Shown here piece after piece: positions 50,286 through 64,000 of a DNA stretch of 64,000 nt. Source of the stretch: Rhynchobatus australiae (taxonomy: Eukaryota); contig JAUZTB010000063.1 in assembly GCA_034780895.1 (NCBI GenBank), positions 19,325,015 to 19,389,014 of the forward strand, given 5' to 3'. The notes below the pieces were generated by a model that did not search any database, was not told the origin of the DNA, and was given only the letters and a program-made list of their open reading frames with translations. How positions within the stretch are numbered: the first letter of the stretch is position 1; every line of letters starts with the position of its first letter. Made by a program: the position numbers and the translations under genes.

Positions 50286-53200
50286 CTCCAGGCTTGATGC
50301 TTGCCTTCAGATCTCACTTGTGTAGTAGCTTTATTCTTTGTAATTTCTGATCGTAAAAGATTTTTTGGAAGTCTTTAGCTTAAAGGCTATGACGGAATTT
50401 ACCAGGTATCCAGTCATCAATCAGTAAGTATGTAAACCACAGAACAGTCTGTACAGTACTTTCAGCCTAGCTACTATCAGACAACCTAATGACTCATTTG
50501 TTCTGTCCAGCAAAAAGTTTGGCTATGTCTTTACTATCAAGGAAGGAATGTTTCATACAGTGTAGATAAATGTATTTTTAAAAATGCTTTCCTCTGTTTC
50601 TTGCCTATGCCCAATGAATCTACTTCTGGTGTGAATTGTCAAGGTTTTATACCATGAATAGTACTATTACAGCCACTTTGTTTCTACCAGACAAGATTTG
50701 CACAAAGAATGAATCCACACTAAAACACTATAACTGATATAAAAGTCCACAGAAATACATTGTCTGTCCCAGATCTTAAAATACAAATATCCTATTAGAT
50801 TTAAAATAAACACATCTTGTACTTCTAATGTGACAATATTATAATCAACCTTTTGGTTTTTAAATTTGAAATAAGAGGATAAATTCAAGTGTTAAGACAC
50901 AATCAAGGAATTTAAACTGGCTGAAAAACTCTCTCTGCAGAACATCTTGAATATTAATATCTGCAATCTTAATTTGACCAGTGTAATCAAAGTAAACTCG
51001 AGTCTGAAAATTCTTCCACTGGCTATCTCAAATGACATGGTTTTAGAAGCTAGTGTGACTTTGTTAACAAAATCCTGAAATACTGTGGTACTAAGTATTA
51101 AACTCCCTAAATTAATATTATGCATTAATTGTAAAGGGTTGAATAAGTCTTTACAAGCATCGTTGTATCATTTTACTCATTTGGCAGCCAATGTAGAAAT
51201 CTAAAATGCCTCACCATTTCTCTGCAATCATATTTTCATTATCAGAACTAATTCCAGCTGTATTCACAAGAGGTCTCTTTATCAGCTTCTTGTTAATGGT
51301 ACTGAATTTTTTTTCAGCATTGAATGTGCTGTCAGATGATGCTATTGTGGCATTTACAGGAATAAGCTTGAAGAGAAATTGTTTTTCATAGTTGTGAACT
51401 GAAACATTCTAATATTCTTGGAACCATTTGGTAGTGATCAAGGCAATATTTGCATCCCACTCCCTCAATTTCTGGAAATTCATGCTAGTGTTTCCTATGG
51501 TGAGCATGTCGCCATTTAAATAAAACATTATAGCATGCCCTGAAACAAAGAAACAGTATTGACAAAATATCCATCAAAAACAGAATGGTTTATGTCGCAA
51601 TTGGGTCTGCAGGGATCTGTCAGTGAGGATCACATTTTGTGAATCAGATGGAAGATGGTGACCATCTTTTAGAGGCTGCCAAATTTGAGACTCCTCCATA
51701 ATCCCGCCCAGGTTGATGGAATCAAAAGTTTGAGGTCAAAGAGGATCTTGTACAATTCATGACTTTTTTGATGGCAAGAATCTGCATACACAATACACAG
51801 GCCAACCTTTAAATAATAACACCTACAGTGTGTATTTAGGGCAAAAGTCTTTTGGTTTGCCAAGCTTTTCATTGCCTAAACATCACAAATGCTAAGATTC
51901 AATAAATGTAAATAAAGATTGCCTGCATGGCTCATTATTGACATATTTGTAGGTTAGAAAATTAGCTTCTCAAAACAGATTTGATTAGGTAATAGGAAAA
52001 TGTTATGACACCAGTAGCCAAAAGGAAAACTGGTCATAGTTGCCATGTTATTTTTATGGGCACTTTAAATGTGCAGTTTCTAAAATAAATCAATCAAACC
52101 TAGATAGATTTGGGCATATAAAGTTAATTTAATACAAATAACTATTAAATATGAAATCCTATNNNNNNNNNNNNNNNNNNNNNNNNNNNNNNNNNNNNNN
52201 NNNNNNNNNNNNNNNNNNNNNNNNNNNNNNNNNNNNNNNNNNNNNNNNNNNNNNNNNNNNNNNNNNNNNNNNNNNNNNNNNNNNNNNNNNNNNNNNNNNN
52301 NNNNNNNNNNNNNNNNNNNNNNNNNNNNNNNNNNNNNNNNNNNNNNNNNNNNNNNNNNNNNNNNNNNNNNNNNNNNNNNNNNNNNNNNNNNNNNNNNNNN
52401 NNNNNNNNNNNNNNNNNNNNNNNNNNNNNNNNNNNNNNNNNNNNNNNNNNNNNNNNNNNNNNNNNNNNNNNNNNNNNNNNNNNNNNNNNNNNNNNNNNNN
52501 NNNNNNNNNNNNNNNNNNNNNNNNNNNNNNNNNNNNNNNNNNNNNNNNNNNNNNNNNNNNNNNNNNNNNNNNNNNNNNNNNNNNNNNNNNNNNNNNNNNN
52601 NNNNNNNNNNNNNNNNNNNNNNNNNNNNNNNNNNNNNNNNNNNNNNNNNNNNNNNNNNNNNNNNNNNNNNNNNNNNNNNNNNNNNNNNNNNNNNNNNNNN
52701 NNNNNNNNNNNNNNNNNNNNNNNNNNNNNNNNNNNNNNNNNNNNNNNNNNNNNNNNNNNNNNNNNNNNNNNNNNNNNNNNNNNNNNNNNNNNNNNNNNNN
52801 NNNNNNNNNNNNNNNNNNNNNNNNNNNNNGATATTGATTATGGGATGTGGATGCACTAATTTTTAACATTATTTTGCAAAAGAGTAAAAAGACATTTGTC
52901 TTTAAGTCCTGTCAGTGCCCTATTTATGCAACATTCTCAATTTTTCTTATTAAATAGGAGGCAGCCATTTGGCCAATTGAGTCAATACCAGCTCTCAGAG
53001 CAATCCTATTCCCCACTTTTATTTCCTGGTTAAATCACTGTTCACACCCATCCATCAACACCTCAGATTGTACTACCAGCCACCCATGCTAGGGGTGATT
53101 TACAATACCCAATTAACCTAACAACCAGCCTGTCCTCTGGGATGTGGAAGGAAACCATTCCAGCAGTACTTTTTTACTCTTCAAGAAACTCATCTCCAAG

Positions 53201-55539
53201 TTGCCACATCAGGCATATAAAACCCTTGTTATTGCATGTTCCACAGTCACAGCAAAATAGCTTCCATCTTGAGAGGCTTTTTATTCCCAGTGAGATCTAT
53301 CTTTTTGTTTCTTTATTTCAGGTCCTAATCAGTCACACCTTCCCCTCATGCTGTAACCTCTACACTCAAATTCCATCTGCACTGACTGACTACCTTTGAC
53401 TACTTTGTCATTTTCCTATAGTCTTCCAACACAAACACACGACCAACTGCTCATGGAAACTCTCCCTATTCTATTTCCAAATTCTGGCTCTCTGCTGTTG
53501 CTATTTTACTCAGGGGCTCCCTCTACACTTACTTAGCCTTTGCTTCAGCAAAATATCAGGGGCTTTCCGCCTGCTATGCAATTGGTACAACCTCCAACAT
53601 TAATCCCTCAAATATGAGGTTCCAAATTCAAGTACACCTTCCACATTCCTGACATAACCACAAGTTTTGTTCTCTTCAGCCAAAACCATCCACTATTCCA
53701 AGATTACCCTGAAAGCCAATGACGCCTTTTCTGCTCAGTTATTATCTCTTCTAACTCCTCTAAGCTCTTTTCCTAGCTCCTGTACTAGTCGACAGTGGGG
53801 ATGGCTTCCACCTCCCTTCAAACCATTTTCATCATGCTCTACTCATCATTTTCATCATGCTCTCAATTTCTACTGACCTATTGGACTTGACATAGCCCCA
53901 ACCCGCCCAACCTCTTCTCCATCTTCATAATACCCTTAGTGACAGGAACAGGCATGTTATCACTGTTGGAAACAGGGTCCAAGTACTAGCCTCACCACCT
54001 TCTAAGACTGCCTGTGCTGTCAACTAACCATAGCTGCTCTGGTTGAAATGTCTACTCATTTCTACGTTTAGCAAAAGCTAACAATTTTAGCCTTTCCACT
54101 CCAGACATCATTCCATTATGGAATATGTGGCAAAATTATGGTACTTATTTGAAATTACACAAGCTATAAATTCTGTAACTGTATAGGACAAGCAGCTAAA
54201 ACTGGAAAAAACTAATGAAAATCTCTCAAATACACTAATCAGCAGTGACATCTGCTGGTTAATCCCACCAAAGCAACATGAGGCGATAGCATCATTCATC
54301 AGAATAGTACTGACCCAAATACATGTATGAAAATGTCTTTGGAAAATATCAGTTTGCAGCCAATGAAAGGACATCCACCACAAACACCAGTTCAGTTTCC
54401 TCTCCACAGATACTGCCTGACATGCAGAGTATCATGATTTTCAGTTTTTATTTCAGATTTGCCAGATATGCAGTATTTCACATTTGGTTTGCTATTTAAT
54501 TCACTCTCGCTTCTCTTCCAGGGATCCCCATCTTGAGTTCTGCTCCTTTCTCCAGTAGGGTTTCTGTTTGTCTCTTTTACCTTGTTACTATCATAGAAAT
54601 TCCTTTTTGCTTTCTCCTCCTTGCTTTGGCTGCAACTTAAAACTTGATTTTTAATTTATCTCCTTTGTAAAGCAGTCATAAACCAGAAACATTAATCCTC
54701 TGACCCACTATGCAGCCCCAGCAGTTTCTGTTTTTACTATGACTACTTTGGGTATCTACCCAAGATGTCCAAAGAAATGGGCCTCATATATATTGGTGAT
54801 ATCTATATTCTATTGTTAAACTGGTTTGCCTTGCACTTGAAAAATAAGGAAAACAAAAATAAACCAAATTGTTAACCCAAGTGGTCTGGTAAGAGCTTAT
54901 GAAATGTCATTATAATTTTACATAATTTGTCTACATGGAAAGTGTTAATTATCCTCAAATTTGATTTTTGTTTTTCAAGGATATTCAGATTACATACAAG
55001 CCACGATTCCCTCTACAGCAAGCACCAACATTACTATTTTTAGTAAATTCCAAAATTAATTATGAATGCAGGAATTCTAAGGTGCAACTGGATTTGTTAT
55101 GCTGTTCTTTTTTAAATTTATATTTTGATTTTGTGCTAATGACCAACGTGCCTCAACACCAGTAAATTTATTCGATAGTCCAATGTGGTAGCCAATTTTC
55201 TTACAACCAGGACCCAGGATAACTTAACTGTTTTTTGAATAGGTTTTGTTTCAAAATCCACCTGAAAAGGGAGACACAATAGACAGCAGATGCTGGAATG
55301 TGGAGCAATACCTGCATGAAAAAGGACACCTATTTAGTGTCTTATTCAAAAGGTGACACTACATTACCTTTTCAATAATGCTCAAGACCCAGTATGGGGC
55401 ACAAATCTTCATGTTTAAAGGCTTGTGTATTATCAAATGACCCAGAAGGATACTAAGATATTAAATCTGTACACCCTGTGCAAAATTCTTCTACAAATTA
55501 GATTGCAAAAAGTGTTTAATTAGACAAGTGGATTGATTC

Positions 55540-55545
55540 TTTATT
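55540..55545 (-). terminator. Likely PSMC2 polyadenylation signal
   Basis: AATAAA on the - strand about 140 nt after the stop; ATTAAA at 55515-55520 as well. Confidence 0.6.
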
Positions 55546-55683
55546 TCTACTGGAATTTAGTTGAAACCAAGTTATTAAACACGTATGGATCATCAAAACC
55601 ATCACTTTTTTTAACAACTAGTCAAAAGCACAGTTGGCTAATAAATGCAAATATTACAGTCACAGAAAAAATTCAAAGCTGAA

Positions 55684-55875
<192 letters not shown>

Positions 55876-56449
55876 TCACTTTGCTATTTGTTACCCATTT
55901 TTACCATAGTTCTACTACACATTCATCTTTGAGAGATAATTAATATTCACCTTATAATCCTAGGATCTTTTCAGGTATAGTAAAATTCTACACTTGTTTC
56001 AGAGATTCCCTAGCCAGAAGGACTTTAAATCATCCTATTAACCTCTACAATGATTTCTTTGTATTTTACACCCAATGGTTATTTTAAACCAACCATAGAA
56101 ATAGCTTACTGTTTCTCATTAACTACTTTTCATTGTTCATGTGATGTGAATGGTTACTATATATTGTTCATCCACTACTTGTACCTTCAACTCACTGGTG
56201 TGCCAGGACTTGAGGTGGTGGTGAAGAGCCATGGATTTGCGTTTTAACAGAAGGACTTTAACAGGATATGGACTGGCTATGAACAATGACTTGCAAAATG
56301 TGTCTTCAACCTCTTTGGTAGCTAATATATATTTTAAAAAAAAGTTTTTTTTTATAAATGGCAAGAGATTGTGTGGGGGGGGGGGGGGGGGGCGNNNNNN
56401 NNNNNNNNNNNNNNNNNNNNNNNNNNNNNNNNNNNNNNNNNNNNTAAGG

Positions 56450-56890
56450 TGACATATAACAATCAATTGGAAGGCAAATGGTATGCTGGCCTTAACTGCA
56501 AGAAGATTTGAGTAGCAAAGTAAAGATGTCTCATTGCAATTATTGGACTTGATCTTACGGTAACTAAAATATTATGTACAAGTCTGGTGTCTCTACTTCT
56601 GATGGAAAGGTAACAAAGGTCCACTAGATTGATTCTGAAACAGAGATTGTCCTACAGATAGATTAAGCAGATTGACCTTACACTGTCCAAAGTATAAAAG
56701 AATGATGGTAACTTAATTGAAAATTACAACATTCTTATGGGGCTCATCAGGTTAGATACAGATATAAAGGAATCAAGTGATGTGGGGTTGGTACAGGAAA
56801 GTGGCACTGAGGTGAGAGATCAGCAATAACACTGAATCGTGGAACAGGTACAAGGGGCTAAGTGGCCCATTCCCAGTTCTATTTGTGCTC
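56450..56890 (+). mobile_element. Old CR1 3' fragment in a PSMC2 intron
   Basis: aaggcaaatggtatgctggcc (KANGMLA); tail aaggggctaagtggccc. Confidence 0.75.
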
Positions 56891-57005
56891 CTGTGGTGAG
56901 ATTCAAGCTCCTATCTCCAGGTCGATAGTCCAGGCCTATCAATATTAGTCTAGCACTTAAACACAATGCTACCCTGCATTAAACACTTGCAATCACTGAA
57001 GTCTA

Positions 57006-57158
<153 letters not shown>

Positions 57159-57966
57159 TCAAATACCAATCAAAAAAATAGGACATAAAATACAGGACCA
57201 GACNNNNNNNNNNNNNNNNNNNNNNNNNNNNNNNNNNNNNNNNNNNNNNNNNNNNNNNNNNNNNNNNNNNNNNNNNNNNNNNNNNNNNNNNNNNNNNNNN
57301 NNNCCCTTCAGCCCACAATGTCTGCTGACCATGATGACAATCCAAACTAATGCCATCTGCCTGCACATGGTTTACATCACTCCATTCCCTGCCTGGTCAT
57401 GTGCTTGCCCCCTCAACAGCAGTGAAGCCCTCACTGGTACCGTAGGGGTTCAGTGGTGTACAGTTGCTATGAGGAGGCAGAACAAGCCCTACTCGTTAAC
57501 ACCTGAAAACTTTGTTTACTGCGCCATGCCTTAAGCTTAACTAGCTGTCAAAATATTGAATGTTTCTGAATGTCAGAAATGTTTAAAAAAAACACAAATT
57601 AAAATCAATAAATTAAAAATCTAATTTAGAATCAATTAAAGCGAACACATGCAGAGATCAACAATGGAGAGCAGATGACAGAAGTCCCTCAAACAGCTGA
57701 CTGCAACTTTACAATTTCTATGCTTGTTTTACTTTAATCACATAATTTGGTGCTTACATTCATGGCAGAAATAATTGCAGCGTAAAACCAGTAATGCTGA
57801 AAATCATTTGACAGATTAATGTAAAATATTGCAAATATACTTGTGTATTTAACATGGGTTCTTCAATAATTTATAACCTAGTTAATAAAACCCAGATGAC
57901 TTTACAATCAAAAACCAGAATTAATGCAACTTTCCAATAAACTGAGAATTCTATAGAGAATTATTA

Positions 57967-58209
<243 letters not shown>

Positions 58210-59306
58210 TCATTTGTTACAAGCAATTGGAAGCTCAAAATATCTAAATTATAGAAAACAATATTGATATGCCATGATTATTACAGTGGTCTAACACAGT
58301 TGTTCTATGTTCTATAGATAGGAGGGAATAGATATGTTGGCATTACATTGTGCTGTTCTATGTTCTATTTATGAAACTGTATTCAAGCAGAGAAATTTCG
58401 GCCCTGAACATTGGACTTTTTAAGCATTGGAGAATAGGATGCTTGGCCCTGGTTTCTTTTCATGCTCTGCAGTATTAACTTCACAATATGCAATTTTTTT
58501 GAGACGCAATCCTAGCCTAGATATGAACCTGAATGATGGTCTTGTCTCCCTGTCTTAGAGAGCCCTCCAAAGTATGTTGGAGAATGTCTCTGGGGGTGGA
58601 ATTATCTTTGTGTATACATGCAGGAGGGGATGGGGGGTGTTACAGAGATTTCAGTGAGGGAAAACTCATTTACCACAAAGCTGTTCTTACTTGCCTTTGG
58701 CTGTTAGGTCTCCTAAGAAGGGAAACTTGGGAGGTCAGGGTAAACCTGAAAGATGGGTTAAATACTATGAGGCTGGAAATCTCCTTTTCAAATATCCAAC
58801 TTAGCATAGTTAAACCCAGGTGGTGGGATTGAAGTCAGACCAAATCCCAACTCACCTGCCTTAACAGGTTAAAATTACCTCCTTAGTGTTCTAATGTGTA
58901 TTCAACCTTCTAATTTTGTGCAAACAACCAGAACTCTACAAATACTGAGTTCCAGATACAAGAATTTAGAAACAGAAAACTTTGTTACTAATAAAATTAA
59001 AAAATTTCTCACATTGGATCATTCCTTGTCAGTCTTATACAATAAGGAGAATACACCTCACTGTGTACTCTCTCGCAACACTAAATTATTCAGTGATTAG
59101 AGTACTTACAGTACTGAAGGCAACATTTCAAATGGAAAAAATGCATATGAGATCTCAGTAAAGAATATCATTAACTTACCAAATTTGTTGAAGTAGATAA
59201 TCTCTGCAAACTACCGTTTCCATTTAATGTCACACAGGTAAAAATGCACAACTTACAAAATCAAACTGTCAGGTAGCAATGAGATAACCCCTCTGTGAAG
59301 ATGTCA

Positions 59307-59402
<96 letters not shown>

Positions 59403-59763
59403 CTATAAAGAAACAAAATATGTTTAGTTTATACTACCCAAATCCAGAAAAAAATTTGGCTGTATATTCCACATTTTCACAGAAGTACTACTCGAGGGGA
59501 GCTGAAATGGATGATCCAATTTGAACTTCATCCTGTTTTCCAAGTTTCTCCAACTCTGCCACATTTGTCCTGATAACATTCCAAGTGTTTCCAAGATGCT
59601 TTCGTTATTCCTGAAATGTGGTTTCCTTCCAACGTAAACAGTAAACAAACAGCAAACCACCTTCAACCTGAAAAATTAACTTTCTTTTCCCACAGATGCT
59701 ACCTAACTTGGAGCATTTTCTGTTTTTATTTCTGATTTCCAGCAATTGCAGCATTTTGATCTT

Positions 59764-59838
<75 letters not shown>

Positions 59839-60627
59839 NNNNNNNNNNNNNNNNNNNNNNNNNNNNNNNNNNNNNNNNNNNNNNNNNNNNNNNNNNNNNN
59901 NNNNNNNNNNNNNNNNNNNNNNNNNNNNNNNNNNNNNNNNNNNNNNNNNNNNNNNNNNNNNNNNNNNNNNNNNNNNNNNNNNNNNNNNNNNNNNNNNNNN
60001 NNNNNNNNNNNNNNNNNNNNNNNNNNNNNNNNNNNNNNNNNNNNNNNNNNNNNNNNNNNNNNNNNNNNNNNNNNNNNNNNNNNNNNNNNNNNNNNNNNNN
60101 NNNNNNNNNNNNNNNNNNNNNNNNNNNNNNNNNNNNNNNNNNNNNNNNNNNNNNNNNNNNNNNNNNNNNNNNNNNNNNNNNNNNNNNNNNNNNNNNNNNN
60201 NNNNNACAGGTCCTTCGGCCCACCGTGTAATAATTCCCACCCAGGCTGCAAGGTTGACCCCGAGCATCCAGCTGCCTGTTACTTTAATTTTCCATCCCAC
60301 TCCGACCTGTCTTTAGCTTTTTACACAGTAAGCTGAAGAAATGACACCTCACTTTCCATCTAGGGAAGTCATGGTCCTCAGAACTTAACACCAATTTCAC
60401 CAGTTTGTGTCATAACTGGCCAGTTACAATGAATGGTTATCAAACAAATATTACATCACTTATACTATATCACTTTTTACCCCTTTCCACAAATGCCAAT
60501 TAACTTGCTGGATATTTCCAGCAATTTTTTTTAGATCAAATTTGTTAGAATTATCTTACTCTCTCAGGCAAAGGACTGAACCTCATAGATAATAATCTTT
60601 TAGACAGGCTTGCATCATAAACTTTCA

Positions 60628-60805
<178 letters not shown>

Positions 60806-61481
60806 NNNNNNNNNNNNNNNNNNNNNNNNNNNNNNNNNNNNNNNNNNNNNNNNNNNNNNNNNNNNNNNNNNNNNNNCAAATCACTTTTTCTTGCTCTGTG
60901 TAAGTATAGTGGAACTGCAAGTCATTAGTTATGACATTAAAAAAAACATTCATAGAAGAAAACAAGTACATATTTTTCCAGTTAAGTGGTCATTTACATG
61001 ACCATTTTCTTGATGCTTTTACAGCTACATTGTTCACAAAACAAAATAAATATTGACATAGCTGCACAATCACACTAGATTAAATAGAGACTTCATGTAA
61101 AAGGCTTCAATTGTACACTTTTGCTTTTAGTTCACCAGGCTTTTCTTGGATCTTCTTAGACTATGGCAAGATTATATATCTGCTGTGGAAAATAATTTGG
61201 TCATGGGATCATAAACTTTGTTTCTACAACGCACAACTAAATTGAAATTATGATAATACCTACACAGCTGCTTAATCAAAGTCACCTTAATATCATAAAG
61301 GTACCAGGTCACCAGTGCCTTGACACAAATGGGACCAGCCAGTAATTTATGTATGTAATTTGAAAGCCATGTGTGGGATTCTTAAAATGAAGATGCAAAT
61401 TTTTCATGGCTGACATGAAATTTTTAAGGTTTTAAATAAAACTTTTCCAAGTAAGCCTACAGAGGTATTTTTCAATTTTTA

Positions 61482-61652
<171 letters not shown>

Positions 61653-62714
61653 CTAAAACAGCATTGCAAAATTAGTTACTTAAAAGAATTCAAACTTAAG
61701 AGCATAAATACTGATTTAAAAAAATCTTTCTCCGTGATACCATAGACAAGTAAAATCATTACTCCACACAACTCTGAAATACCATTAATAAAGCACTTTC
61801 AGTATACTGAAAGCAGTTACAAATTTGATCTGCCAGCCATAAGCCAAACTACATGTTTAATGGAAACAGTTAACAGAAATACTTTTACTAGTTACATGTG
61901 CCCCTAAAATCCACATGCTCAACAGTTTCAGTCTGATTCCAAACCCAAGTTATTTAATCACACATTGATTACAGAATCAAAAAGTGCAACACTAAGAGTA
62001 AAGGACATGGAATTGGGCTGCCCCCAGAACATGCTATGCAAAAGATGCATTTCACTGTGTGTTTTGATGTACACGTGACTAATAAAGATATCTTGCTTTG
62101 AAAAATGAACGTAACCCATTTTTTTCTATCTGTCCCGACAACTGCAAACAGTCCCAACAACTATTTTGTTAAGGCACTTTTAAACCAACAATGCAGTTAA
62201 TATTCTCACACAAGATTTTACTAGTGGAACTCAAAGCTTGTAATTTAATCAATGATAATCACTAAAACACCACTGAAATATTATCCATTCCACTTCAAAT
62301 CATAACCTGCATCAAAACAAAAAAAAGTTTCATCTCGCTTGTCTTGAAAATTGCTGTTCCATCTCATTTACTCAAATTGCAAGTGGCTTGGAACTCTTGT
62401 TTGAACATATCTGATCAGCCGATTCTTTCATTTCAAAAATCTTGTGTTCAGACTCCTATGAACTCAACCCTCCCTGACTATCCTCAGCTCTACAAGTTGC
62501 TGTGAACTCAGTGTTCCTTTAACTGTGGACTCTGTCCATCACTAGCTTCAAAAAGCATGACAACTCCTCTCAGCAGATTATATCCTTTCTGGAATTTACA
62601 CAAACATTACATCTCTCTACTCTCTTCCGACCATGCTTGGATAAAGATAAACTTATCCAACTTTAAATAAATTTACCTTATCTAAACTATTATCTTCTCT
62701 TTGTGTTGACATCA

Positions 62715-62924
<210 letters not shown>

Positions 62925-63080
62925 TCATATCTAATTGTATTAAATATTAATATAATAACTTGATGAATTCATAGGTCTGAGAAGGCCTTAAATTTGAGTA
63001 ATTGTAGTGATTTAAATTCTGTAATTTACTCAAAAACCAAAACATAATTAGTGATCAGCAGCTAGCATGCAAGAAAATTA

Positions 63081-63263
<183 letters not shown>

Positions 63264-64000
63264 TTAAATAAGCTTCACTCAGTGTCAATGTGTAATCATA
63301 GACTTGTATTTGTATTAGTGGCAATGCCATACTTTACTGATCTCATTAAAAAGCATCAAAATACAGCTTCAGAAATATAGAAATGTGAAAAATCATTTGT
63401 CCCTTTTGCAAGGCAAATCAGGTAAAATTAAGACAATTAAATTAAAGGTCAACATTAGAAACTTCTGTTTACCAGACATAGCTATAGTGCATTATATCTG
63501 AACTAGCAAAACTCAAATTTTTTAGAAGTCAGTAAGCTCCATGAAATTCAATAAAATGCAAAGTGCCTTTATTAAATGCAATTTGCGGTTTAATACTCAA
63601 ATATACAGATTCAAATGGATGAGTGATTTTTATAATATAACAAAGTCACATCAATTTCATCAGCTAGTCTCCACCCTGACTTCCTATCCATGTCAGCAAT
63701 AGTAAAAATGTGGGTTCAAGAAATGGAGGTTCTAAATTGCATTTTATCTATATGGTTATTAGTCAGAGCTTGCTGTATGTGTATTGGCTCCTGCTTTCCC
63801 TATATTACAACATTAGCTACATTTCAAAATTATTTCGTTAGTTGTAAAGTTTTCTGGATATATTGAAACAGATTTAGGAAATTACAATGACAAAGAAGGG
63901 CACCACCCTTACCATCAAGTCCAAGCTAGCCTTGTCAAGCCATCCAGTCAGTCCCTCCCCCTGCTTTTTACTTATAGAGGTCCATAAGGGAATGCTGCCA

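Noticed and set aside
50950-51050. Kinase-like fragments LKPCHL and GQIKIAD on the - strand
   Set aside because: They are in different frames, wrongly spaced, and lack DFG and HRD; probably chance.
59766-59838. Long poly-G run giving poly-Pro/Gly ORFs (shorter run at about 56375-56392)
   Set aside because: Both runs sit at the edge of N gaps; most likely sequencing or assembly artefacts rather than coding sequence or a real G-quadruplex.

Overview
Vertebrate genomic DNA with many N gaps. The repeat landscape (CR1, L2, Tx1, Penelope-like, V-/Deu-SINEs) suggests a cartilaginous fish (inference). There are two convergent multi-exon genes. (1) On the + strand is an SLC26A5 (prestin) gene with 18 coding exons from ATG 14900 to TAG 46367. 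All visible junctions are GT-AG with consistent phases. It encodes about 752 aa if coding exon 12, which is partly in a gap, has the expected 107 nt. (2) On the - strand are the last 8 coding exons of PSMC2 (26S proteasome ATPase Rpt1), 63228 down to 55684; its 5' exons lie beyond the window. The tail-to-tail SLC26A5-PSMC2 arrangement matches the human locus. Most ORF-track entries are decayed retroelement fragments or N-gap artefacts. The most notable observations are a perfect in-frame 3x27-bp repeat in the prestin STAS variable loop, a PQS (not PQG) motif beside the anion site, three substitutions at normally invariant PSMC2 residues, and decayed Penelope-type hammerhead cores and hairpins in prestin introns. 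I found no convincing wholly new system. Human, zebrafish and yeast comparisons are from recalled sequences, not from a search.
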